Assembly: GCF_004010195.1 (NCBI RefSeq)
Contig: NC_057728.1
Coordinates: 40,560,578 to 40,624,577 of the forward strand
Source of the DNA: Chiloscyllium plagiosum
Taxonomy: Eukaryota
Reading direction: 5' to 3'
Length of the DNA stretch: 64,000 nucleotides
The notes under the pieces are model-generated. The model was not told where the DNA came from, ran no database searches, and worked only from the letters and a program-made list of their open reading frames with translations. The translations under genes were made by a program, and so were the position numbers. Shown one piece after another: positions 38,721-51,569 of this stretch; within the stretch, counting starts at the first letter, position 1; every line of letters begins with the position of its first letter.

Positions 38721-40029
38721 CTGTATCTCTTGTCACGAAAACTGGCCCAGTCCCTGGACTGAAATTGGACAGTTTCTTTGACTGACTATGGTGATACTCC
38801 TTTGGTTGATTGCAAACCCCCTAAGCCCACTTGGCCATTTGGTTGAAGAATGCGCAGTGTGCTTGTCATATAAGCTGCTGCCACCTGCTGTAGGGGTGAC
38901 ATGGACTTAGCACGGTTCCAAACAGCCAAATTGAATCTATTGACTGTTCAGTGCTCACAAGAGTGACAAGCTTCTTGTCTCTCCTCTGCACCACTGAGGC
39001 TGGCAGCTCTAAGTTTGCCAAAGTTGAATGAGTCCCATAAAAGAAACGACCTTAAGATAGATCCTGTGTAGATTCAGGAGATGTGTGCGCCTCTGTGGGC
39101 AAAGTAAGCTGACAGAAGCAAATAAATTAGCATTATCCCTGCATTCCAAAGTGAAGTCCTGAATGGTTGAAATGGCATATGGACTGGTCTAAAAGCAACC
39201 ATGATGTGGTGAGACTGGTAGTTTGGCAATGCCCTGTTGTATGGACACAAGGTGAAAGAGGGTGGTACCAATGGACCATGCAAGGACTGTCGTGAAGGTG
39301 ATGTTGGGTGAAGCCCCAGAGCAGCAAACAGTGAACTGCTGGCATCAGAAAACTCTCTGAATTGCATATCGGGGATTGGTGTCAACTAACTTCTTGAGGA
39401 AAGAGAGAAGAATTGTGAGCCGCATAGAAATGACTCAAGATTAGTCAGTATGAGATGCAAAAACAAAGAAGTAAGGTAGTCATTGCTGATTAGCAAGATT
39501 CAGAACTCACTATTCAAACCTCAAGGGGAAATTTGGAAATCATTTACTCGTTCTCAAGAATGTGACTTCTCCATTTTGCGCCACATTTTCCAAATTTTCT
39601 CTCACACCACTCAAGGAATCAGAAAATCTATCCATAGTGTACATGCAACATGGATTCACCAGATGATGTCAGTGAGGGATAACTATATCTAGTTTGCAGC
39701 ATTTAAAATATCCCAAGCATTTATGAAAATTGCTTTATTTTCAAGAATTATTTCAAAATTAGTTTCTTTTGTGAGTTCCTTAAAGCAAAGTGCTTACATT
39801 TCAATCCCATTTTCTATACAATCACTTCAAGGAACTCAATGTTTGTAAATTTTGTTACAAGCAATGTTTTAATTTTACTTCTGGGTTAAATATTGCAAAC
39901 CTTTATTAATACAAAGCCCAGTATCATCCCACAAGTCAATTCAATCAATATTTCTAATATCTTGAATATTCTAAAAGTCTCAGAATAAAAACCGCATTTT
40001 TGTTTTCTCCATCCAATTGCACCACTGTT

Positions 40030-42190
40030 GTATTCTGTTACAAAGAATCATGAGCAGGAGACTCTACCCTCTGAGCCTGCTCCACTATTTAATAAGATCA
40101 TGGCTGATCTGATCTGATTTCAACCTCAACTCTTCATTCTTGCATACCCATGATAATTTTACATCGTCTGGATAATCAAAAGTCTACTTACCTGTGCCTT
40201 AAAAATGTTTAAAGATTCTGCATCCACTGCCATTTGAGGAGAGGAATTCCAAAGACTCTCAACCCTCAGAGAAAAATGTTTCCTCATCTTAGTTTAAAAA
40301 TAGGGGAGCCCATTTAAATCAATGTCTTCTAATTCTATCTTCTACCTCAAGAGGAAATATTTTTTCCTCATTCACTTGGTTAAGATCCCTCAGGGTCATT
40401 TATGTTTCAATTAAGTCACTTTTGACTCTTCTAAACTCCACAGGGATACAGGCCTAGACTGTCTTAGTATTCTTCATCAGGCAATCTGCTCATTCCAGGT
40501 ATTAGAATAGTAAACCTTCTCTAAACTATTTCCAATGTATTAACATACCTTCAAAAGTACAGTGACCAATACTGTACAACATTAGACATAGGAGAAGCAG
40601 GCCATTCAATGAAACCATGGCAGATTTGATAATACTCAACACTACTTTACTGTCTATTGCCCTTAACTTACTATTTAAACATCTATGTATTTCAGCCTTG
40701 AATGTACTTAATGAATAAACCTCAATAGCCCTCTGTGGTAAAGAATTTTACAGATATACAGTCCTCTGACTGAAAAGATTCTTCTTCATCTCTGTTTTAA
40801 ATGTGCAACCCCTTATTCTGAGATTATACCTTTTTAACCCAGATTCTCCCACAAAGAGAGACAACCTTTCTGCATGTACCCTGTCATGTCTTCTCTGAAT
40901 CTTGTACTGTACTCTTCAATGCCCTATATAACTGAAGCATAACCTCCTGACGCTTGCAATACATTCTAGTAGCTTTCTTGATTACTTGCTGTTCCTACAT
41001 ACAAGAGACAAGAGACATATTGGTCCGGACAGAAGATTAGGAGAAATTGCGGACTGTAGATGCTGGAGATGAGAGTCGAGAGTGTGGTGCTGGAAAAGCA
41101 CAGCTGATCAGGCAGCACCTGAGGAACAGAAGAATCGATGTTTGATGGGCTTATGCCTGAAACATCGATTCTCCTGTTCCTCGAATGCTGCCTGACCAGC
41201 TGTGCTTTTCCAGCACCACACTCTCGACCCGGATAGAAGAATGGCTAGTTAACAGGAAACAGAGAACAGGAATAAATTGGTCTTGTTCGAGCTAACAGGA
41301 CGTCATGGTTGGTCTGCTGGTGCTTTAACTTGGTCAGCACACCTCAGGTGAGGGGCGAGGTTGAGAAGGTGGGACCTCCATAGTAACCTCATCCTGTGTG
41401 GGAATTTAACCTGGACTGTTGGCATCACTCTGCAGTGAAAACTAGCCATCACCAATACCTGCATTCTAACCTTCTGCGATTCATGCACTAGGACACCCAG
41501 ATCTCACAGCATCTCAGAGCTGTGTAAGCACTCACCATTTAGATAAATGTGCTTCTTTTTAATTCTTTCTGCTAAATTGGACGTTTTCACATTTACACAC
41601 ATTATACATCATTTGCCAGATTTCACCCATTTACTTAACCGGTCTATAACCCTTTGAAGATTCCTTATAGTCTCTTCACAACTCACATTCCTATTTATCT
41701 CGGTGTCATCAGCAAATTTACCATACCATACTTTCCATTCAAATCATTCATATAAACTAAAAAGAATTGAGGCCTCAGGACTGACCCTGTGACAGACCAC
41801 TCATAACATCCTGTTAGTTTGAACAAGACTCATTTATTCCTGCACTCTGTTTCCTGTTAATCAGCCAATATTCTATCTGGGCCAATATGTTACCCTCCAC
41901 ACCGCGAGCTCTTAATTTCCACAATAACCTTTCATGTGGCATCTTATCAAATGCCATCTGGAACTTCAATAAATCCACAGTTTTCCCTTTATTCAGAGCA
42001 CAGGCTACTTCTTCAAATATCTCCAATAAATTAGTTAAACATGATTCCCCTTTCACAAAATTATGTTGGCTCTGCTTGATTACCTTGAACTTATCCAAAT
42101 GCTTTGCTGTAGCATCTTTAACGATGGTTCCTAATATTTTCTCCCATGACAGATGTTCAGCAAACTGGCCTGTAGTTTCCTCCTTGGTAA
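40030..42190 (-). mobile_element. Nested decayed CR1-like fragments
   Basis: SCLTNLLEIFEEV...FQMAFDKMPH peptide (41814-42098); CR1 3' ends at about 40040 and 40585. Confidence 0.7.
41038..41228. mobile_element. Inverted family B-variant mini-element with 12-bp near-perfect TSD
   Basis: Arms gtcgagagtgtggtgctggaaaagcacagc and gctgtgcttttccagcaccacactctcgac, centre gggcttatgcctgaaacatc, flanked by CCGGA[C/T]AGAAGA at 41025-41036 and 41229-41240. Confidence 0.85.
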
Positions 42191-43714
42191 GTTTTATTTA
42201 AGTGATCGATGCTGTAAATGAAGTATAACAGTATATACCTCCTGCATTACATCTCTATATTTAGTGTGTGTTTTTACATTGATTATGTGAACCTCTTGAT
42301 AAACTAGAGTATTTGATCAACCAGCATCGTCTTGGTCCCATAGATGCCCATTAGTAAAAGGTTTGCTGTATATTAGTTGTTGATTACTTATTTCTTCAAA
42401 CTGCACATTTAATTGTGTTTGTTGAATGCAAAGGCCTTCCATATTTTGACCATGACAATGGCACATTAATATGGATTTTTGGTTTGGTAATTACTGATTA
42501 CCATTATTCATGTGTAATTTTAAAATCTTGTTGTATTATTACAGTAGAAATAGGTAGCAAACATTTAACTACTTACTTGACTGGAGAATAGGTTGTATAA
42601 AATTATTACAGTATATTAATTGTTAAAATTTCACAACTCCAAATGCAACTGTGAAAATAGTTAAAATAGGTAACTAAGATGAATAAAGAACTGGTATTAA
42701 GGGCATTTCACAACCTGAGAACATGTTAAAGTGCTGCACAGTCAATTTTGTTAATGAGCTAATTGTCTATCTGGATCAATATGCCACCTTGAATTTTTAA
42801 TTTCCACAGCAGCCTTTCCTGTGGCACCTTATCAACTGTCTTCTGGAAGTGTAGTCACACAAAACTCACATTTTGAAGTGTAGCCTTTTTGTAATGTAAG
42901 AAACTACTTTGTGATTTTCAAATCTAAATTTTAGCCCCAGGAACCACCACATATTAGACATATTAAACATACACCGAAGTGCCCCATGTTTGGTTTTTTT
43001 GAGACTTTATATCATTCCTAACTAAAGTCTGCCCCTGAGCAACGACAGATGCTGGCATCACTTTTGGCTGAATTTTAGTTGTGCATTCCAAGCATCCTAA
43101 GGCTCTAAAACATAGGAATGACCATCAAAGCCTGCAAATGCCATGCCTGTCTACCAAAATGGAATTTAGCCTGGGTTGTCTCTGGATAGACGTAGAAATT
43201 AAGACACAGGAAGAATCTTGTCATGCCATGTTTGGACTCAATATACTACAAACTGCAGTGGCTTACCTATTATTAAAATGTCTACAGAGCAACAATACCA
43301 TGCCTCTTAAAAAGATTAAAAAAACTAAAAGGAGGTAAAGGAAAAATGTCTATTTAGTTCAATGGTTTCAACGAGGATTTAAAAGAAGGCTACATTCTAA
43401 ATGAGTTCAGCGTCCTCTTGGATTTTAGCACAATTTCACAATGCAAGAGCAAATTGTCCTATTAAATGCCACATATGCATGTATACCAAACTTATTAATT
43501 TTAAAAATAACTTAGCTGCAATGAATATTCTCAGGAAAAGTAGTTAGATCACGTTTTTAAAATGTGCAATAAAAGTATTAGTTCTGTAAATATTGTAAAA
43601 ATGCCTGTAAGTTAATCTTACAATGTAAAGCCAATGGAATCATTGGTAGGGAAAACTGAACTAATACACGACTAGCTAGAGAAACTATTAAGGTAATATT
43701 CATAAATATCTAGA

Positions 43715-45385
43715 AAAGACCATTCAGCCCATCAAGTCTGTACAAATTAAAATCAACCACCTAATTATTCTAATCCCATTTTCCAGCACTTAACCTACAG
43801 TCTTAATGTCACAAGTGTACATCGAACTACTGCTTAAATGTCATGAGGGTACTGCCTCCTTCACTCATACAGGTAGCAAGTTCCATATTCCCACCACAAC
43901 CTGGGTGAATAAAAAAATCTCTCCTTGCCTTAAATCTATGCCCCCAGTTACTGATCCCCCCACCTAGGTTCCTATCTACACTATCTATTCCCCCCGTAAC
44001 TTTATACATCTTAATCATGCCTGCCCTCAGTCTCCTCTCCTCCAAGGAAAACAACTCCAGTCTATCCAATCTCTGTTCAGGACTAAAACTCTTCAGCCCA
44101 CACATCCTGGTAAATCTCATCTGCGCTGTTTCCAGAGCAATCACATCCCTTCTTGGGGTGGTATGGTGACTCAGTGACTAGCACTACTGCCTCTCAACGC
44201 CAGGGACTCTGGTTCGATTCCAGCTTCAGGACATTGTCTGTGTGGAGTTTGTACATTTTCCTTGTGTCTGCGTGGGTTTCCTCCCACAACCCAAAGATGT
44301 GCAGGTTAAGTGAATTGGTTATGCGAAATGCCCACAGTGTTCAGGGATATGTAGCTCAGGTGCATTAGTCAGGGGCAAATGTTGGGTAATAGGGTAGGAT
44401 CTGGGTGGGTTACTCTTTGGAGGGTTGGTGTGGACTTGTTGGGCCGAAAGGCCTGTTTCCACACTGGAGGGATTCTACAGTTCTCCTTTAATATGGATTC
44501 CAGAACTGCACACAATACTCTAGCTTTTTTGAACCAACATTTTACAGTTCCAGCATAATTTCACTCCTTTTAAACTCTATGTCTCGGCTAAAGGCAAGTA
44601 TCCCATATGCCATCTTACCACTTTATCTACCTGTCCTGCTACTTCAATGGAGTGGTGGACATTCACACCAAGTCCCCCCGATCCTTCGTACTTCCCAGGG
44701 TCTCTTATTTATCATAATTTCCTTGCTTTGTTTGTCCTGCCAAAGTACATCATTTCAAACTTATCCTGATTGAAATCTATTTGCCAGTGACCAGCCAATC
44801 TCTCTCCTCTTGTATCCAAGACTATCTTCCTCACTATTTACTACCCCACCAATTTTTGTATTATCCATGAATTTATTGATCAACCTTCCTACATTCAAAC
44901 TGAAATTTACAGTATTTATATCGCAAAGACCTAAGGGGCTGCTTTTTCACACAGAGGGTGGTATGGGTATGGAATGAGCTGCCAGAGGAAATGGCGGAGG
45001 CTGGTACAATTGCAATATTTAAGAGGCATTTAGATGGGTATATGAATAGGAAGGGTTTGGAGGGATATGGGCCAGGTGCTGGCAGGTGGGACTAGATTGG
45101 GTTGGGATATCAGGTCGGTATGGACGGGTTAGAGTAAAGGGTCTGTTTCCATGCTGTACATCTCTATGACTCTATGACAGCAAAAGCCCCACCACTCACC
45201 TCTGCAGAATCCCAATGGACACACACTTCCAGTTACAAAAACATCCTCAACCATCACCTTCTGTTTCCTGCCACTCAGTCAATTCTGGATCAAGTGGACA
45301 AATTTCCTTGCATCCCATGGGCTCTTACCTTCATTCTCAGTCTCCCATGTGGGACCTTACGAAAAGCCTTGAAGAAGTCCAAATA
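43715..45385 (-). mobile_element. Decayed CR1-like fragment hosting an HE1-type SINE and a + strand HER1 3' end (44918-45178)
   Basis: LETAQMRFTRM...LFSLEERRLR peptide; the host sequence resumes after each insertion. Confidence 0.7.
44153..44478 (+). mobile_element. HE1/V-SINE-type SINE
   Basis: Collinear with the reverse complement of 1069-1392; B box GGTTCGATTCC. Confidence 0.85.
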
Positions 45386-46282
45386 GGCTATGTCAAAGTC
45401 ACATGATGTCAATTAAACAACCACATTACGTAGGATGAAAAATAAAAGAACTTTGCTGCATTCAGTTATTTTAATAAAAAATTGGATAATCAGAACTTTC
45501 AGATCAAGTCTGCTGAGGAAATATTATCATGCCTCATTATTAAAAAATCTTTGCCAATAAAAGGTTTAATAAATTTAGGATTGTGTAGGAAATTCCAAAA
45601 GAAGAAAAAAGGATCAAAGGAATGCATGCATTATTTTGAAAAGAAAGTAGTAAGCCCATAGAAGGTTAAACAATTTCTTATGAAGTTCTCCAGATGTTTA
45701 TTGGGTCAAGAATTTCAGACTGTTCAGATTTTACCGACATATGCACAAATTACCACTCAGTTCAAAGGGAAAAGTTCCATATTTACATTAGCAAAAAAAG
45801 TACAAGAATTTTTCAAGCATATATACACATACTTGGACACTACAATACTGTTTAATATGCAGTGAGAGCTCTCATGTAAAAAGTCACCGAAAGCCCAGAT
45901 ATCCTTGTAATAGAGCAGAGACTTAAAATGTTCCCGATTAAAGTAATCAAATAATTGGAACATCTTGGTATGGAATCTCAATAACATGCCATATATGATG
46001 CAAAATGTACTTAAAAGACAAATCCATTGGTGAGAATTCATCTCTTTGAGCATTAGATTTGGAACCATTGCCAAAGACAGACTTTGTAGCTATTTTAACC
46101 ATTTTCACTTTCTATGATTTTTGGTTGTTTATCAAGATTTCTTTCTGAACAAGTATTTAGCAAGTCTAGTTTAGTTCGTATTTCCAAAAAGTTACAAATG
46201 CAAACCAGTTCAAATTACATTTTATTGCATGCTTGGAAAGAGGCAGGACATAAAGGCACAACCTACTCAACAAGTGAGCCTC

Positions 46283-46440
46283 ATAGAATCCCAGAATCCC
46301 AGTGTGGAAACAGGCCTTTAGGCCCAACAAGTCCACATTGACCCTCCGAAGAATATCCTGGACCCATTCACCTACCCCATTATTTTACATTTCTCCTGAC
46401 TAATGCACCTAGCTCACATATCCCTGAACATTATGAGCAC
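46283..46440 (-). mobile_element. HE1-type SINE 3' fragment
   Basis: cagtgtggaaacaggcctttaggcccaacaagtccaca, matching 1095-1132. Confidence 0.75.
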
Positions 46441-47144
46441 TGGAATTTTTTTTATATCTGAGAGAATTTAAAAGCGTCACAATCGTTCAGCTAACCACTA
46501 CCACCCAATCCCTCCCCTTCACAACCAGGGAAAACAGATTCTCAGCATCTATCTAGTCAAATCCTCTTAACATATTTCACCTCTTGTCCTTGTAACCTTA
46601 ACAGCATATAGATCCATTCTACCTAACCCATCGAACATTCTCCAACCTTTTGAGTTTCAGATCAACTTCATTCAAAACTTGCTTGTAATTTCTCAGAGTT
46701 AACTTAGACTTAGTAATCACTGCAAACTATCCAAAGAAAAACTCCACTGGAAAATTCAGCATCAAAATGGCAGTAAATGCTAGCAACCAAATCTGCTTCA
46801 ATTGCCAGACATATGACCTGTCATGCCTGCTCCACCATTCAATATGAGCTACTCACCAGGTCTGAAAACAAGCCAGCTCAGGTGTCATAAACAGATGGGC
46901 AGTAAGATTAAACTTAATACTCAGGAACGGGCATCTTTGAAGTTTAGGTTGTTATTTAGACCAATTACTATGCTTAAATTAATCCTATAAAACGCTCAAT
47001 GCAGAATGAGCACAGTGCTTTTCTTTCCTTCGGCCGGAAAAAAATTACAAAATAAACATAAGCTGTTTCAGCTCAAGGTCTTGCTATCATTGTGTATAAT
47101 GTGCAAAACTTAAATCCAAAATAACAAAAGCAACATGCAATGTT

Positions 47145-50100
47145 TCTTATAAACTCTGACATAAAATTTATTTTGAAATTAATTTTAGGCCACAATAATT
47201 TTAACCAAATATTCACTAAAAAAAGTCAACTTCTGTCATCAGCTGTACAATACATACAGTATCATAAAACTGGCCACTGGGATCCACTAAAAACACATCA
47301 AGTGGCGACAGCATTTCACAAGAATTTTACATACATATATACAAAGTCAGCATTTATTCAAAATTGTATTTATATACAATACACAACTGCAGCATATTAT
47401 AAACACACATCTTGTGGGGTGCTCATCTTAAAACTAATCTCTGCCATTGCTCAGTTGGAGCAACCATAGCTAGGTCGGCAGAGTATTCAGAATGCTAAAT
47501 GCCCTTTGCAATAGAAATTCACACATTTTAGCAGAACTGTGCTATAAACAAAAATTGCTACAAGGTTCAGGTTTGGGTGATACTGTATTTTACTGGTATG
47601 AACCTAACTAAAACGGTACTAGATTTCAGTGCTGCAGTCAAATATTCAATATTGTGGAATACAGAAATTGAGTTGTAACATACAGATTGGACTTGAAACA
47701 TGCCAAAATGCCTATAAAATCATTTAAAAGTTTTCAATTTCATCCAAAATTAAAAATTAACAATGGTGGCTTAAAGATTATACAAAGTTCATCATGGTGC
47801 TACACCAGATATCAACAGAACAAACCACGTCCAGATGCTTTAGACACCAATTTGCTGGCTACACATTTAGCTAGATGTGTGAAAAGGAATGCATTTTGGT
47901 ACATACCAAATACCTTGGATTTTCTTTTATTTAAGAAAACCCTTTTGAGGTAAACATAAAAATCATTATTTTGCCCTAATGCATTAACCATATTTTTTTG
48001 GAAGCTGTTTCACATTTTTGAAGACAAATTTGAAATAATTAGCTAGGCCATCTTTAACCTTCAAGAATGCACTTCAGCATAAAAGCATGTTTCTGCTGTA
48101 AAGCTAAACCAAAAACTTCTTCTTGATATATATTTCAATGCCTATTTAAGAGTGCACGAAGTAGTTTATATTACCTAAACCATACTTATTTGGGGGCGGG
48201 GGGTTGGTGCGAGTGGGTGGTAAGGTAAAGACTTTGTGCACAATACTAGAGCGGCTTAAGGGAACTTGAATATGGCACCTACAATGGCTCAAATCTAAAA
48301 GTGAATAATCTAATTAAATTTAAAATTAATAACTAACACATCCAGAATTAGCCTCTATTAATTGATCATTACAGTTGCGCACACTAGCTGTATTACATTC
48401 AAATGCACAACAAATAATTAACAGAAGGATCTATATTTTGTGAGTTAAACCTACAGTTTAGGGACCTTCAATCTTGACATGCTTCATTTCTAAAAATATA
48501 TTACAGGAAGTATTTATCACTAAAATTAAGCATTAGTTTGGATTATCAAAGAGAAGAAAGGGCTAGTTATCAAAAAGCAGATTGGTATTTTCTTTATAGT
48601 ATTCAGGATTATTGTGCAAATCAGTAGATTAAAATGTTCCTTTAGATACAATATCTTCTTTTGGCTTCATTCATATATTATAGTATACCAATACATTTTC
48701 AATTTGAAAATGTGGACTGCAAAAAATTCTGGTTGGAACATTTGTGTATAATCAGTCAGTTTGGTTCAAGTTACTTTAAACTATCATATCTACTCAACAT
48801 AATATGACCTCCATCATATTAAAGTACGTTCAGAGAAGCATACTGGGCAATGTACTCCAATGGCCAAAAACATGTTTTGTTCTTAATGTTGGATTTTTGT
48901 ACCCCTCCAACCTGTATAACGTGTACTTCTCCCCTTTTTTCCCAATCAATTTTCCTCCTGTTCCCCTGAAGTCTTGAATTATCGTTGCTGCATGGTTTCA
49001 GGAGCATTAAGTACACTTTGGAACCTTACCCAAGTCATCAGATTGAATTATTAAATTTGAACCTGGTGTGTCAACATAGTACTGGACCACAGACTCAATC
49101 ACATCTGAACTCTTCATTATCAAGTAGTCACTAGATTAAAATAATTAGCAGACAGAACCTTTACTAATTTATTCCCTCCCTTCTCTATAATTCAGGGTGG
49201 AGGTCAAATGCTGTATCCCTGCCATTGCTCCCAACAACTTGTCAAAAAAGAATTCTCACATTTTCATTTAGAATAAAGTATCCTTCACATAATTTGAATA
49301 CAATGAAATAATGAAAAAGGATAGTTCAAAATGGAAAAGATCACAAGTCCCTCTATGAACATGTAGCCATATTTCTATTTTGGTTATAGCTTTTCTTAAG
49401 CAGCTAATGAAGTGAAACAATAGCTTAGATCTTCCTTTAGTGTTATACTGTTAAACATTTAGGACTGAATATTTATAATATGAAATTCAAAGTGTGCATT
49501 AATTTCCTTTCTGGACGACCTCAACAATTAATCCAATACGGTCATGTAAACTGCTACATTAATAGTGTGCACAGTTCAAGGATTAATCAATTGCATGTAA
49601 ACCCTACAACATGGCACTGGTAACAAAAGGCACACTGTTAACACTAAGGGCACAATTTGCCTGCTATAAGAAAACAAAGCCTATAAAAATCATTCATGTA
49701 TTGTTGATTCTTTTTGTTGTAGTGATGTATTCTAAATGGTCCTGAACAGCAATGCGAAGAACTGAGTCATTTAACTTCTGTTCTTATTATAACCTGAGAC
49801 TGCATGACACTGAATTATCAAGTCAGAACATGTACCACAGGTATGTTCACACAAGCCACTTATGAGACTGGACTGACTTCTAAAATTAGCTAGCTGTAAT
49901 TTAGCCATCTGAGCCATTTGTGTACAGTACTGATCAATCCACACTACACTGAGCCAAAGCTTACCACTCCCTTAAACAAACAAATGGGCTGTAATAACTA
50001 TCAAAGGTCAATCACAAAATGTGCAATAGAAGTAAAGCTTTGATTGGAGATGTATTTCAACAAATGAACATACATAAAATGCTCAGATTATCTTTCAGGC

Positions 50101-51569
50101 CAATTCATGTATAAAAATATCATTCCGGTAGTGTTTTATAAATCCACTACCTAGCAATAATCTCTGTAGTGGTATTTCAGTGACAATGTACAGTTACATA
50201 ACATTCAATAAAAATTTATTACAAACCATAAAAGTACTACAAAAGGATATTCTGCTATTTGAAATATTGCACTAAGACAAAGCAACATACATTTTAAATA
50301 CACAAAATCAGATTTCATTCTGTAACAATAGACTGGATTTACTGGCTTAAACCCAATCCGAGTGCTGTAAAGGTTTAATTTTGTATCATTAATTTTACAA
50401 ACATATAAAATTTTCACATAAATACTAACATTACCAAAAACAGTTGAAGATGTCAATCCTTTAAATGTGAGAAATGGGCAGGACCTAAATTCCAATTTTT
50501 TTGTAAAATATTTTCAAGGGAAAATTTCAAGTTATTTTTACTAACTGGGGACCATGCTTTGAATTTTAGTCTTTCAATTTAAAACATGTTTAAATTTTGG
50601 TTACAACTGAGAAGAATATGTAATGTATTTAAGACCAATCCAAGTTCATTCAGATAATGCAGTTCATTCATTTAGTTCCTTCAATACTTTCCAGCTTAAA
50701 ATGTACAAAAGAAAACTATCATTGAGCCTTCACTGATCTCTTCATTCTTTTGTGATGATTTTTCACCAATACTTCCCCATGACCAAACTCCTTGGTCACA
50801 CAACTGACTTATATTGCTCACATGCTTGATAGTAAGTAACGGAATAACAATGCCTTTCATGAGCAGAGAGACAATGAACTCTTTTGATTTACCAACATAA
50901 TCTGACATTAGTGAACTAATTCCAAAACTGATTTTTAAAAAAGCAAAATGGTTTACCCACCAATACCATATTATAAAGTTTTTGGTTTCCTGGTTTGTTT
51001 ATATCTAGTTGAGAAATGAAGACCAGGTAGGATAGCAACACAGGGAAGGTATATACAATACAATTATGAGGCACTGAAAACTTCCATGACACTCCAAGTA
51101 AAGGGTTTTGTCATAGATTTATAAAAAGGTGTTGTTTTAAAAGACCTTCATTTATTTGTTATTGACGAGTAAAAGCCACAATCCGCAAAATCAAAAAATT
51201 CCAAAATCTCATATAGTGGATAATAATCTGCTATTATTTTGTCACATTATATGAATAATGACATTTTTTGACAACTATAAATGTTATCTGACATATGCTA
51301 TTCATTAGCCTACAAAGTGCATTATTCGTATGCCAAGAAAATGAATAGCAAATGCATTTCACACTCAATACATGAAAAACCTACTTCCAACCATGGTCCC
51401 CAGCAATTACAAAATCAAAACTGTTCAGAGTTCTTAACTACAGAATGGTGTTTAAAATTCCAAACTTCAATAATTACAAAGTTCTAAAAAATACAAAATT
51501 TCAATTGAATAAGGCTCAGTGATGCGGCAAGAAATTTTCCTCGCATTCCTGGCATAGATTTATTCACAC
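47145..51569 (-). other. DYRK2: Putative long 3'UTR of DYRK2
   Basis: About 4.4 kb of AT-rich sequence with no recognisable transposon, directly after the stop codon. It ends at AATAAA (47167-47172, minus) followed by a GU/U-rich stretch. Confidence 0.6.
47167..47172 (-). terminator. Candidate distal polyadenylation signal AATAAA
   Basis: tttatt on the + strand. Downstream on the minus strand lies ttgcatgttgcttttgttattttgg, resembling a GU/U-rich downstream element. Confidence 0.5.
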
